Positions 6,947-16,685 are shown, counted from the stretch's first letter. The stretch: DNA of 57,124 nucleotides from Candidatus Omnitrophota bacterium (GCA_023247075.1 JAHFHD010000001.1:1-57124), one strand, 5' to 3'. The notes: generated from the sequence alone by a model not told the origin. Numbers and translations are program-made.

Positions 6947-8620
6947 ATGCTCACGCAGCTTCACATTGAGAATTTCGCCTTAATCCGCAAACTTTCCCTC
7001 GAATTTTCCTCAGCATTAAATGTTCTTACCGGTGAAACCGGTGCCGGTAAATCCATTTTAATTGACAGTCTCCGATTTGCCTTGGGTGAACGTGTCAATT
7101 TGACAGGCGTGCATGACAAAGGTGTGCGGACACGTGTTGAGGCTGCATTTGAAGTAGACATTAAAAAACTAAAATCAAATGAACTTTTAGAACCTTTCCT
7201 TGAAGATGGAGAGAATTTGCTTGTGCTCAGGCGTGAGCTTGAAGACGGTAAGACCAAGTGCTGGGTGAACGGACGAATTACAACGGTGTCAACTCTTCGA
7301 GATATTGGCGTGAGCCTTGTTGACATTCATGGTCAATATGATCATCAGTTGCTTCTCGATGCACATTCCCATCTCGGCTTGATTGATCTTTTAGCTAAAG
7401 TGGATTCTGTGAAGGCAAAATACGTGGCACTCTACGAAACATATGCAAGTTTGAAAGCGAAGCTTGATGAAGTGCTTCTGCTTGAAGAAGACAAAACACG
7501 CGAACTTGATCTTCTTAAATATCAAGTGGATGAAATTGAACGTGCCAATATTGATGGCTTTGATGAAGAAGCCCTCATTACAGAAAAAATGCGGCTTGCA
7601 AATTCAGAGAAGCTCCATGAGCTCGTTAAAAAAGTGCTTGATCCCTTAGACAGCGGCGAACCGTCCACATCAGAACTCTTTGCAAGTGCCATGCGGCCAG
7701 TAAAAGATTTAGTCAGGCTCGATCCTTCGCTTGAAGAGTTAATTCAAAAAAAACTTGAAGATTCTCAAAGTATTCTTGAAGACGCTATTTCTGCTCTTCG
7801 CAATTATGAAGAAGAGTTGACGTTTGACCCTGAGCGTCTTGATGAAATCCAAAGCCAGCTCCGAGCCTTTGAGCTTCTTAAGAAAAAGTACGGAACTAAC
7901 CTCGATGAAATCCTTGAGTTCCTCACACGTTCGAAGAAAAAATATGAGGAACTTGCAAATTCTGAAAATACAAAGCAGGAACTTGTAAATCAAATCGCGA
8001 GGATCCGTCCCAAACTTGAAACTATTGCGCAAGAACTCACAACAAAGCGTAAGCACGCTGCTAAATTGCTAAAGAGTCATATTGAAACTGAACTAAAGGA
8101 TTTGAACATCCCAAAGGCGAACTTTGAAGTTCAATTTGAGAAGTGTGACGATTTTTCTGGCGAAGGCGGTGACAAAATAGAATTTATGATTAGTTTAAAT
8201 CAAGGGGAACAGCCGCTTCCGCTTGCGAAAATTATTTCAGGAGGTGAAGCGTCTCGGGTGATGCTTGCCATGAAAAAGGCACTTATTGAAGTCGACCCCA
8301 TCTCCACGCTTATTTTTGATGAAATCGATGCCAATATTGGCGGTCGGCTGGGTTCTGTAACAGGCACGAAGTTAAAGGAAATATCAAAACTGAGGCAGGT
8401 TCTGCTCATCACCCATCTTCCTCAGATTGCAGCTTTTGCAGATTGCCACATTAAAGTCACAAAACGCGTCCAAGCAGCAAAGACAGAAGTTACGTGTGAT
8501 GTACTTGAAAAGGATGAAAAAGTTCGTGAGCTTGCGCAAATGATGAGCGGAAAAAAAGAAACAGACATTTCCCGTGAGCATGCTCGCGAAATGCTTGAAA
8601 AAGTTTCCAGTAAAGCTTGA
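6947..8620 (+). CDS. recN: DNA repair protein RecN
   Basis: The N-terminus MLTQLHIENFALI is followed by Walker A GETGAGKSIL and a long coiled-coil middle. The SMC signature SGGEASRVMLAMK and Walker B LIFDEIDANIGG are present. Confidence 0.93.
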   Translation: MLTQLHIENFALIRKLSLEFSSALNVLTGETGAGKSILIDSLRFALGERVNLTGVHDKGVRTRVEAAFEVDIKKLKSNELLEPFLEDGENLLVLRRELEDGKTKCWVNGRITTVSTLRDIGVSLVDIHGQYDHQLLLDAHSHLGLIDLLAKVDSVKAKYVALYETYASLKAKLDEVLLLEEDKTRELDLLKYQVDEIERANIDGFDEEALITEKMRLANSEKLHELVKKVLDPLDSGEPSTSELFASAMRPVKDLVRLDPSLEELIQKKLEDSQSILEDAISALRNYEEELTFDPERLDEIQSQLRAFELLKKKYGTNLDEILEFLTRSKKKYEELANSENTKQELVNQIARIRPKLETIAQELTTKRKHAAKLLKSHIETELKDLNIPKANFEVQFEKCDDFSGEGGDKIEFMISLNQGEQPLPLAKIISGGEASRVMLAMKKALIEVDPISTLIFDEIDANIGGRLGSVTGTKLKEISKLRQVLLITHLPQIAAFADCHIKVTKRVQAAKTEVTCDVLEKDEKVRELAQMMSGKKETDISREHAREMLEKVSSKA

Positions 8621-8623
8621 TCA

Positions 8624-9859
8624 ATGAGCATACAATTCACACCCTCCCAAACAGAAGGATTCACTGCCCTTCTTAATTCTCACGAAAATATTTTTCTCAC
8701 CGGCGGGCCTGGTACAGGAAAAAGCTTTTTAATCCGGGAGTTCTTGCGTGAATGTCCGGGACATGTTCCGGTTGTGGCAAGTACGGGTGCTGCAGCTATT
8801 TTAATTGGTGGGCGCACGTTTCACAGTTTCTTTGGGCTTGGAATTATGCAAGGCGGCCGGCAAGTTGTGGTCGAAAAAGCTTTAAAAAATAAACGGCTGC
8901 GTAAAAGATTAAAAGAAACCATCACACTTGTCATTGATGAGGTTTCTATGCTTTCAGGGGAGACCTTGGATTGCGCAGAACATATTGCAAGAGCTGTAAA
9001 AAAATCTACTTTGCCTTGGGGTGGCATTCGAATCATTGCTGTGGGGGATTTTGCACAGCTTCCGCCGATTTCTCAAGGAATGGAAAAGGAATGGTGTTTT
9101 TTGTCGGAGACTTGGACACGCTCACGTTTTAAGAAAGTTGTTTTACGCGAAGTTAAACGCACCGAAGACAAACCATTTCTTGATGTTCTTGAAGACATTC
9201 GTTGGGGGAAAAATTCTGAGCGAGTAACCTCGTTTTTAAATGAAAGACTCGTTTCTAGTGAAGAGGTTGAAACAGACGTGCCGCATGTTTTTCCCCGTCG
9301 CGCACAAACCGACGCATTTAATCGGGCGCGTCTCAATGAGATTGGATTTAAATCACGTTTTTATGAAACTGAGTATGGCGGTAAAGAAATTTACATCGAA
9401 AGACTTAAGCGTGACGCACCCATCCCACCAGTTTTAGAATTAAAAGAAAGTGCGCTTGTGATGTTTCGTATGAATGACCCTAAACAGCGTTACGTCAATG
9501 GTACGGTGGGTACTATTGAAGAATTGGAAGACGAATGTTTGCTTGTGCGGGTAAAAGATAAGGTGATTGAAATTGAACCATTTACATTCACAATTATGGA
9601 TGACGAAGGTAAAGAAGCTGCTTTTGCAAGTAACTTCCCCATCACTTTGGCCTATGCGAGCACAATTCACAAAGTACAGGGAACAACGCTTGAGCGGTGT
9701 CACATTAGTTTGAGGGCTTTGTGGGAGCCGGGGCAAGCCTATGTGGCGCTCAGTCGCGCGCGAAGTGGCGATGGAATTACACTGATGGACTGGGACGCGA
9801 GTTCGATTCGAGCCGATTCAGCGGTTCAAAAGTTTTACGAAGAAGAAGTTCTAGTTTGA
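8624..9859 (+). CDS. PIF1/RecD-like SF1 DNA helicase
   Basis: Motifs are LTGGPGTGKSFL (Walker A), VIDEVSML, GDFAQLPP, TIHKVQGTTL and YVALSRAR. Confidence 0.85.
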   Translation: MSIQFTPSQTEGFTALLNSHENIFLTGGPGTGKSFLIREFLRECPGHVPVVASTGAAAILIGGRTFHSFFGLGIMQGGRQVVVEKALKNKRLRKRLKETITLVIDEVSMLSGETLDCAEHIARAVKKSTLPWGGIRIIAVGDFAQLPPISQGMEKEWCFLSETWTRSRFKKVVLREVKRTEDKPFLDVLEDIRWGKNSERVTSFLNERLVSSEEVETDVPHVFPRRAQTDAFNRARLNEIGFKSRFYETEYGGKEIYIERLKRDAPIPPVLELKESALVMFRMNDPKQRYVNGTVGTIEELEDECLLVRVKDKVIEIEPFTFTIMDDEGKEAAFASNFPITLAYASTIHKVQGTTLERCHISLRALWEPGQAYVALSRARSGDGITLMDWDASSIRADSAVQKFYEEEVLV

Positions 9860-9860
9860 T

Positions 9861-10622
9861 TTAAGATTTGGATGGAGAATATCTCCAATGCCACGGCTCA
9901 AAGGTGGTGGTCCAGTTCCCGCGTGGAAATGACAATTTAAACCCAAACTTTTGAGCATTTTGCTTTAACCACTTGTATTCCCGAAGCCTCTCAAAATCTT
10001 CCGCTGTTTGTTCAAAATCAGAGTCTCCATTGATTCCACCTTCGCTAATAAAATCAATTGCTTGACGGTTTGAGTCGCCGTGTTCACTGTGTCCGGGCAG
10101 CGCAACCCATTTTCTGGTTTCACTGAGCGAGTCATGATGTTTAGGCATGTAATACAAAAATGTGTAAAGCTGGTAAGCGGGTGAACGGTAGCCTGAGTCG
10201 ACCCACAGTCTTTTTCCTAAGTCCTGTTTCATCGCAGCCATCATTTGTTCATAGGCTTCATAAACTTTACTTGGCAAATATTGAGTGTCTAAAGTTTCGG
10301 ACTGACCATGACGGAGAATTTTCTGACCAGCAATACGTTTGAGTGGTATGGACTTGTCAAAATCTTTTTTTGAAGGTTTGATTTTGCGCACACGGTCTAG
10401 AAAACCCTGAGCTTCGGAATCAAGCCCCTTGTAAAGCTCCTCAAATGTTATAAGCGGAGCAGTTGAATCTTTTTTGCGTGCTGGCACCCAGGTTTCCCAG
10501 TGCGCAAGTGTTCGGTCCAGCGTGGATTGGTCTTTTTCCGAAAGCTTGTCCCATTTTCTGCTAAAAATGACAAACAAAACTCCCAAAATTAAAATGAGAA
10601 ATAATAAAGCAAATTTTTTCAT
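9861..10622 (-). CDS. VanY/M15B-family D-alanyl-D-alanine carboxypeptidase, membrane anchored
   Basis: It has the N-terminal anchor KKFALLFLILILGVLFVIF. Zinc-peptidase motifs are SGYRSPAYQ, LPGHSEHG..AIDF and EPWHWRY. Confidence 0.8.
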   Translation of the reverse strand: MKKFALLFLILILGVLFVIFSRKWDKLSEKDQSTLDRTLAHWETWVPARKKDSTAPLITFEELYKGLDSEAQGFLDRVRKIKPSKKDFDKSIPLKRIAGQKILRHGQSETLDTQYLPSKVYEAYEQMMAAMKQDLGKRLWVDSGYRSPAYQLYTFLYYMPKHHDSLSETRKWVALPGHSEHGDSNRQAIDFISEGGINGDSDFEQTAEDFERLREYKWLKQNAQKFGFKLSFPRGNWTTTFEPWHWRYSPSKS

Positions 10623-11434
10623 GGTGCCGATGGAATAACACTTTGACAGAATACGCCATAATGGTCTGAGGCATAAACTTCACTAATTTTAATTTGATTA
10701 AATACCACATCACAAGTGAGAATTTTTCTCTCATTTAGAAAAGATGAGTTCGCAAATAGGTAATCAATTCTTCGGTCTTGAAATTTAATGCTATGACCTT
10801 GAATGAATGGATTTACATTGTCCCATGTGACACCTGCTTCTTTAGGATGAAGCAACTCAAATAAGTCAATGAATCCGGATTTGAGCATCAGTTGAATGGA
10901 GGGGCTTGTGGAAACATCATTTAAGTCGCCACCAACTATTTGAGCACCAGAGTAGGAATGGAGTATATTCAAGAGATCTTGAACCTGATGCTCCCGAGTC
11001 GACTCATCTTCAGTTTTCCATGAAAGATGGGTATTGGCAATTTGGTACCAGGTTTGACCGATTTTTATTTTACAGATTAAGACACCGCGTGCGGAAGTCT
11101 CAAGCTTTGATTGAGTGGGGAAAAGGATGGACTCATGTGTGTGGATTGGAAAGCGTGACAGGATGGCAAGTTGAGGGGCGGGGAAGAAGGCATAATGCGT
11201 GAAATTGATTTTCTGGATGAGCAACTGGATTAATTCCTCGTCCACAACTTCCTCAAGGAGCAGGACATCAGCTTTGATTGTGGTCAATTCCCACAAGAAA
11301 ATGTTCCAGCGCAATTCGTACGGGCCATATTTGCCCCAGGTGTTTAGCGTGAGAATGTTGAAGGTGTTCATGAGTTTTAGATTTTTAAATTTTACCACAT
11401 ACCCAAAATCCTGCCGCATTAGATTTTGTGACAA
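10619..11434 (-). CDS. Endonuclease/exonuclease/phosphatase (EEP) family protein
   Basis: Motifs are ILTLNTWG, LLLEEV, GGDLNDV and the C-terminal SDHYGV. The stop overlaps the VanY start (ATGA). The track start at 11434 is a TTG; the ATG at 11371 (MNTFNILTLNTW) sits behind a TGgTAAAAT extended -10 and is the more likely start. Confidence 0.78.
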   Translation of the reverse strand: MSQNLMRQDFGYVVKFKNLKLMNTFNILTLNTWGKYGPYELRWNIFLWELTTIKADVLLLEEVVDEELIQLLIQKINFTHYAFFPAPQLAILSRFPIHTHESILFPTQSKLETSARGVLICKIKIGQTWYQIANTHLSWKTEDESTREHQVQDLLNILHSYSGAQIVGGDLNDVSTSPSIQLMLKSGFIDLFELLHPKEAGVTWDNVNPFIQGHSIKFQDRRIDYLFANSSFLNERKILTCDVVFNQIKISEVYASDHYGVFCQSVIPSAP

Positions 11435-11625
11435 AAAAGACTGTGTTCACAATTTAATATCTGCTAAACTACGTTCGCTTGAAGCTCAGTTTTCTATTTG
11501 GTAACATTTGGAACAGATTAAGGGAGCTATTTACATCATACGGACTTTTTAGATTAATTTTTTTCACACACCCAGCTTCTGCATCGAATAGCTTCACAAC
11601 CATAACATACAAAAAGACAATCGCG

Positions 11626-13260
11626 ATGAATTCTGCGTTGAGAGGAATCGCTTTCTTTGGCCGGCGAACATTGCTGGACCAAATTGAGAAGCGACTCACT
11701 GCTTTTGATCAGGGATTCCGTCAAAATGTTTGCATTCTAGGTCCAAGAGGAATTGGAAAGAGCGCGCTTCTGGCGCATCTTCAAGCGAATGCTCACACCC
11801 AAGGTTTTTTAACCATCTCGATTTCCTGCCAACCTTTTGACACCATTTACAATTTATCAAGACGTTGGATGTTTGAAATTCTTTATGGCGCTTACCGCAG
11901 ACTAGTTGCAGAGCTGCTGCCCGAAAGTTACCACACTTTGTTCTGCGCACTGAAGCCAGTTATTCCCAAAACCCTTTCCCGAATGAAATTAATTCGCCAT
12001 GCTGCGAAGGAAAATCGTTCCGCACAAATTTGGCGAGATTTACTTGGACTCACAAGCGTTTTAAGCGCCGAATGCGGAATTAAGATTTTGCTTCTTGTCG
12101 ATGATTTTGATTTTCTAGGGGATTTGGTCACTGAAGATCCTTATGGGACTTTTGGACGTGAGATGATGCTCCAGAAAGAAACCATGTACCTTATTTCTGG
12201 TTCAAACAGTTTGACGAGCCGGGTTATTTTGAGTGAGCGTCTTTCACTTCTATTCGGAAATTTTGAAATTGTAATGCTTCCTAAACTTAATTTTGAAGAA
12301 GCAGGAGAATTAATTTGTGATTCTCGCTTTAAAGCTCTGCTGCTTGAAGCACCACATCAGAATTTCTTAATTCGCCTTACAGATGGGCACCCTTATTATT
12401 TACGTTTGATTTTAGAGCGGCTTCAATTGAATGTTTTGACAGACAAGGAGAGACTTACCGCGCAAAATTTAATTGTTTGCGCGCTTCACGATGAATTGTG
12501 GGATTCTCATGGAATGCTCCACCAATACTTCACGCGATTGATTGGGGGGCTTTCTCAAGGCCGTATTGGGAGAATTGTTTCGGATGTGTTAATTGGGATT
12601 TCACTTGGTCATAAGAAAATTTCAGATTTGTCCAGTTTTGCCCGGCATGGAACAAGGGACATTAAAAAAGCACTTGAGCGATTGATGCAAAGTGAAATGC
12701 TTGAACGACACGGTTCACTGCATGTTTTGGTTGACCCGCTACTAAAGTTTTGGCTTGCGAAAGTTTATTACCGGGAACGATTTATGCCAGCCCATGCTTT
12801 TGAAGCGAGCGCAGAAAACTTTGACCGGGATGTTGTGATGGAAATCAAAAAATCAATTGCAGCCGACCATGAAGAGCTTCCAAAGCGCGTGGAACTTTTA
12901 TTCAGGCAATTTCAGGATGAACTCGTTGCGTTTGGTGAGTACAAGCTTCGTTGCCCCACTTTCCTTGAAGTCAGTTCAAGGCCTAATAACGGACGTGTTT
13001 TTCCTGTTTACGGTAAGAGCCAGACGAGACGGTGGCTTTGTCAAATTGTGATTCATCCGGTCACAGAAGAGGACATCCGTACATTTCTCAATGATCTTGG
13101 CAAACTAAATGGGTCAGTTCACACCAAAGTGATTGTGGGTCTTCGGGGGATTGATTTAAATGCAAAACTGCTTGCACAAGAAGAAAAAATCCAGTACTTT
13201 GATCTCGTTTATTTTAATTTTCTCATGAGCATATTTGACCAACCGAAGATTATTTTGTGA
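11626..13260 (+). CDS. AAA+ ATPase (archaeal-ATPase/Orc-like) with a wHTH-like middle and a nuclease-like C-terminal domain
   Basis: Walker A is ILGPRGIGKSALL and Walker B is LLLVDDFDFL. An HTH-like stretch reads KISDLSSFARHGTRDIKKALERLMQSEMLERHG. The C-terminal ~100 aa (WLCQIVIHPVTEEDIRTFLNDL...KVIVGLRGIDLNAKLLA) recall an Mrr/DUF234-type module. I chose the ATG at 11626 over the track start at 11479. Confidence 0.65.
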   Translation: MNSALRGIAFFGRRTLLDQIEKRLTAFDQGFRQNVCILGPRGIGKSALLAHLQANAHTQGFLTISISCQPFDTIYNLSRRWMFEILYGAYRRLVAELLPESYHTLFCALKPVIPKTLSRMKLIRHAAKENRSAQIWRDLLGLTSVLSAECGIKILLLVDDFDFLGDLVTEDPYGTFGREMMLQKETMYLISGSNSLTSRVILSERLSLLFGNFEIVMLPKLNFEEAGELICDSRFKALLLEAPHQNFLIRLTDGHPYYLRLILERLQLNVLTDKERLTAQNLIVCALHDELWDSHGMLHQYFTRLIGGLSQGRIGRIVSDVLIGISLGHKKISDLSSFARHGTRDIKKALERLMQSEMLERHGSLHVLVDPLLKFWLAKVYYRERFMPAHAFEASAENFDRDVVMEIKKSIAADHEELPKRVELLFRQFQDELVAFGEYKLRCPTFLEVSSRPNNGRVFPVYGKSQTRRWLCQIVIHPVTEEDIRTFLNDLGKLNGSVHTKVIVGLRGIDLNAKLLAQEEKIQYFDLVYFNFLMSIFDQPKIIL

Positions 13261-13276
13261 GGCGACTCCTTCTGCT

Positions 13277-13762
13277 ATGACCGAACGGCTTTGGGCGCCT
13301 TGGCGAAAAGCATACATTTTGGGCAAGAAGTCAAAAAAGTGTTTTGCTTGTGTTGCTGTGAGAACGAAAAACACCCGTAAAACCTACCTTCTTGAGCATT
13401 CACAGTTTAGTTTTTCAATCCTCAATATTTTTCCTTACAACAATGGACATGTACTTGTCCTTCCCAAAAAACATGTGGGCGAACTGCATCAACTTTCAGA
13501 TTCAGAGTTGCTTGACTTATGGAAACTGGTGAATCGGACGATGCTTTGTGTGCAACGCGAAATGAAACCGCACGGATTCAATATTGGATTAAACCTTGGC
13601 AAGGCTGCAGGTGCGGGACTTCCCGGCCACGTGCATGTTCACATTGTCCCCAGATGGAAAGGGGACGCGAATTTTATGCCAGTAGTTGGCAAGACAAAGG
13701 TCATTTCTGAGTCGCTTGATTCTTTGCATGAGAAATTAAGGAAGGGTAGTCAAAAAAAATGA
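13277..13762 (+). CDS. HIT-family nucleotide hydrolase/transferase
   Basis: It has the histidine triad HVHVHIVPRW and ILNIFPYNNGHVLVLPKKH. The likely start is the ATG at 13277 (MTERLWAPWR). Confidence 0.85.
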   Translation: MTERLWAPWRKAYILGKKSKKCFACVAVRTKNTRKTYLLEHSQFSFSILNIFPYNNGHVLVLPKKHVGELHQLSDSELLDLWKLVNRTMLCVQREMKPHGFNIGLNLGKAAGAGLPGHVHVHIVPRWKGDANFMPVVGKTKVISESLDSLHEKLRKGSQKK

Positions 13763-14895
13763 AGAAGCAGCGTCCAAAAGTTTTGCGGGAACATTTCGAA
13801 CAAAGCGAAGACGAGCGTCTTGCTTCATACGCAGTAAAAAGCGGGGAATCAAGAGGACGGGTATTTAAAGAACCTGAGCATGTTTTTCGCACCGCATTCC
13901 AGCGGGACAGAGACCGGATTGTTTACTCCACTGCTTTTCGGCGGCTTGAATACAAGACACAGGTGTTCGTTAATCATGAGGGAGATCATTACCGGACGCG
14001 TCTGACTCATACGGTAGAAATGACATTGATTGCCCGAACGGTTGGCCGCGCACTTCGGTTGAATGAAGATTTAATTGAAGCGGTTGCGCTGGCGCATGAT
14101 CTTGGTCATGGGCCATTTGGTCATGCGGGTGAAGCGGCGCTCGCGCGGCTCATGAAAGATCACGGAGGGTTTGAGCACAATCAACAATGTTTGCGGCTGG
14201 TCGAAGAACTCGAGGAGAGTTATTCTAATTTTCCCGGACTTAATTTAACTTCTGAAGTAAGAGAAGGCCTCAAGAAACACGACCACAGTCAAGTCCGCTC
14301 CCTTGAGGCGGATGTGGTGGATGTGGCGGATTCGATTGCGTACAATTGTCATGATTTGGATGACGGACTGAGAGCTGGCTTGCTTGATTTAGAAACAACC
14401 AGAAGCAGCATTTCAATTTGGAATCACATCCTAGGAGATATTGAACGCAAATACCGGTCACTTCCCCAAAATATAAAAATTAAGACTGCCATCCGGTTCA
14501 TGATGAATCAACTTGTCATGGATTTGATTGAACAAACAGAGCAAAACATCAAGAAATTTAAAATTCATAGCTGTAAAGATGCCGCAAGTCACAAAGGACA
14601 TCTCGCTTCTTTTTCTCCGCCATTCTCAGGCCTGATGCGCGAGCTCAAACAATTTCTCCAAGTCAATTTGTATGAACATTACCGCGTGGTACGGATGACC
14701 GAAAAAGGTCAGCGGTTTATTCAGGAGATTTTTGAAGTGTATGTGGACAAGCCAAAACAGCTTCCACCGCAAGTGCTTGAACGCAAAAAAAAGTATGGGC
14801 TCGAGCGTTGTGTGTGTGACTACATCGCGGGCATGACTGACCGGTTTGCGCTTGATGAACGTCAACGTTTGTTTTCTCCCTATGAACGAGTTTAA
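13759..14895 (+). CDS. dGTP triphosphohydrolase-like HD-domain protein
   Basis: Motifs are FQRDRDRIVYSTAFRRLEYKTQVF, RLTHTVEM and HDLGHGPFGH, with a C-terminal DYIAGMTDRFA. The start overlaps the HIT stop (ATGA). Confidence 0.85.
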   Translation: MKKQRPKVLREHFEQSEDERLASYAVKSGESRGRVFKEPEHVFRTAFQRDRDRIVYSTAFRRLEYKTQVFVNHEGDHYRTRLTHTVEMTLIARTVGRALRLNEDLIEAVALAHDLGHGPFGHAGEAALARLMKDHGGFEHNQQCLRLVEELEESYSNFPGLNLTSEVREGLKKHDHSQVRSLEADVVDVADSIAYNCHDLDDGLRAGLLDLETTRSSISIWNHILGDIERKYRSLPQNIKIKTAIRFMMNQLVMDLIEQTEQNIKKFKIHSCKDAASHKGHLASFSPPFSGLMRELKQFLQVNLYEHYRVVRMTEKGQRFIQEIFEVYVDKPKQLPPQVLERKKKYGLERCVCDYIAGMTDRFALDERQRLFSPYERV

Positions 14896-14939
14896 TCGAA
14901 TGAAGATTTTGAATTTGAACCTGAGTAAAGTTTGACCTA

Positions 14940-16466
14940 ATGAAAATCAAAACACAGTCAGCAATAGAAAAATACTTATTTACGAGTCCTACGTGGAAAG
15001 AAGGTTTTAGGGAATTTGCTTCCTGCCTTCGGCACTCAACCGCACTTTTTTATTTTTGGCAAGATGGTGAGCAGAAAATAATTTATGTGAATTCAAGCGG
15101 CAAACATTTGTCTGTCCATCAGCCGCCACGGAAAGAAGCGCTTTTAGTGAAGCGGCTTAAAATTAATTTTGAAATAAGTGGTGAAAATTCAAAGCACTTG
15201 GAAAATTGTCCAAAATTGGTCGAACAAGGCGCTCAAGAATGCTCGATTCTGTTTGCGCTTGAGTATTTGGGGAGATTTAAAGGTTATGTGATTTTATTTG
15301 GAATGATTCATAAAAGAACACTGCTTGCCCGTGAAATCAAATTATTCAATCATTTCCTGCAAGCGGAAATTGCGCTTGCATACCGAACTCTTGAGCTGCA
15401 AAATTTTTATGAAACGGTTCATCCTAGGGCACTTGCGCTTTCAACCATTCATTCAGTTCACAGGGCAATGGCGATGTCAAGCGGACTCGATGAACTTTTG
15501 CCGCGGGTTGGGCGATTGTGTGCCCAGGTGCTTAAAGCAAAACGATGTGACGTGTATTTGTTTGACCGTGACCGTAAATTCCTTGAGCTTAAGTTTTCAT
15601 TGGGCGACCGTAAGGACCGGAAAAAGCGAGTTAAGTCAGGGTATGGCATTGAAGGTCATGTTGGCGAAACCGCGGAGTTTCATCTTTCAAGCAACTGCGT
15701 CTGCGTTCCATTTATTGAGGATGATGTAGTTGGGGTTGTCTCGCTCCGCGAGAAAATTGACTGCACCGCATTTTCACGAACCGACATGGAAATTTTAAAA
15801 ACGTTAACCGAGCAGGCTGTGGTTGCAATTAAGAATGCTTTGCTGTTTGAGGAGACCGAGCGCTTGACCGTGAACAGCATCAAAACGATTAATGAACTCT
15901 TGGAATTAAGTTTTTCAGGGGACAATGTCCATCTTCCGCTTTTTGGAGAGATTACTCTGCGTATTGGACGTGATTTGGGTTTGAGTGAGGATGAGCTGAC
16001 CAATTTACATCGAGCTACTTTCTTGATTGACGCGGGTCACTTGGGAACTCCAGGACACATTCTCAAGAAAAGCGACCGGCTAACAGATGTTGAATATGAA
16101 GAAGTCAAACAACATCCACTGAAGGGAGCTGCTATTTTGGAACAAATTGGGTCGCTCAAACCTGTGATTCCAACTATTTTGCATCATCATGAGCGTTATG
16201 ATGGAAATGGTTACCCGAGCAAATTAAAAGGGGAAGAAATTCCAATTGGCGGACGCATTGTTGCTGTGGTAGATTCTTTTACCGCGATGTTGTCAAAAAG
16301 GCCTTACCGGAAGATATTAGGTCTTGAGGTAGCAATTGAAGAGATTCGTCAAAACTCAGGCAGTCAATTTGACCCAAAAGTGGTTGAGAGTTTCCTCAAA
16401 GTGATTCGAGATCATGAGATTGCGTCAAAAATCAAGGACATTCAACTCCGGTACGCCCAAGGGTGA
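14940..16466 (+). CDS. GAF-domain HD-GYP protein (putative c-di-GMP phosphodiesterase)
   Basis: It has the HD-GYP signature HHHERYDGNGYP plus GGRIVAVVDSFTAM. A GAF-like region upstream reads GIEGHVGETAEF...VVGVVSL. Confidence 0.8.
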   Translation: MKIKTQSAIEKYLFTSPTWKEGFREFASCLRHSTALFYFWQDGEQKIIYVNSSGKHLSVHQPPRKEALLVKRLKINFEISGENSKHLENCPKLVEQGAQECSILFALEYLGRFKGYVILFGMIHKRTLLAREIKLFNHFLQAEIALAYRTLELQNFYETVHPRALALSTIHSVHRAMAMSSGLDELLPRVGRLCAQVLKAKRCDVYLFDRDRKFLELKFSLGDRKDRKKRVKSGYGIEGHVGETAEFHLSSNCVCVPFIEDDVVGVVSLREKIDCTAFSRTDMEILKTLTEQAVVAIKNALLFEETERLTVNSIKTINELLELSFSGDNVHLPLFGEITLRIGRDLGLSEDELTNLHRATFLIDAGHLGTPGHILKKSDRLTDVEYEEVKQHPLKGAAILEQIGSLKPVIPTILHHHERYDGNGYPSKLKGEEIPIGGRIVAVVDSFTAMLSKRPYRKILGLEVAIEEIRQNSGSQFDPKVVESFLKVIRDHEIASKIKDIQLRYAQG

Positions 16467-16490
16467 GAGAAGAAAGATGAGGAATTTTGA

Positions 16491-16685
16491 ATGGATGAGA
16501 TGAATATGCCTCAACCGGTAGCAAAAGTTAAAATTGAGAAACCAACCGAGAGTGATGTTTCAGTGGTGTATGGTGTGCTGGTTTTTTTGTCGTTTTGTTT
16601 GATTGCATTTACGCTTTGGATTTTGATTCTTGAATGGACAGGAAGTCCACTTCCTATTTTTCTGCGCCTTTTGTTTCCATTGTGA
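16491..16685 (+). CDS. Small single-pass membrane protein, hypothetical
   Basis: This 64-aa ORF has one strong hydrophobic helix (VVYGVLVFLSFCLIAFTLWILIL). I recognised no family. Confidence 0.35.
   Translation: MDEMNMPQPVAKVKIEKPTESDVSVVYGVLVFLSFCLIAFTLWILILEWTGSPLPIFLRLLFPL

Noticed and set aside
11479-11625. An N-terminal 49-codon extension of the AAA-ATPase ORF.
   Set aside because: The extension reaches into the divergent promoter region and encodes an unconvincing hydrophobic peptide. The ATG at 11626 is followed about 30 codons later by the Walker A motif, as expected.
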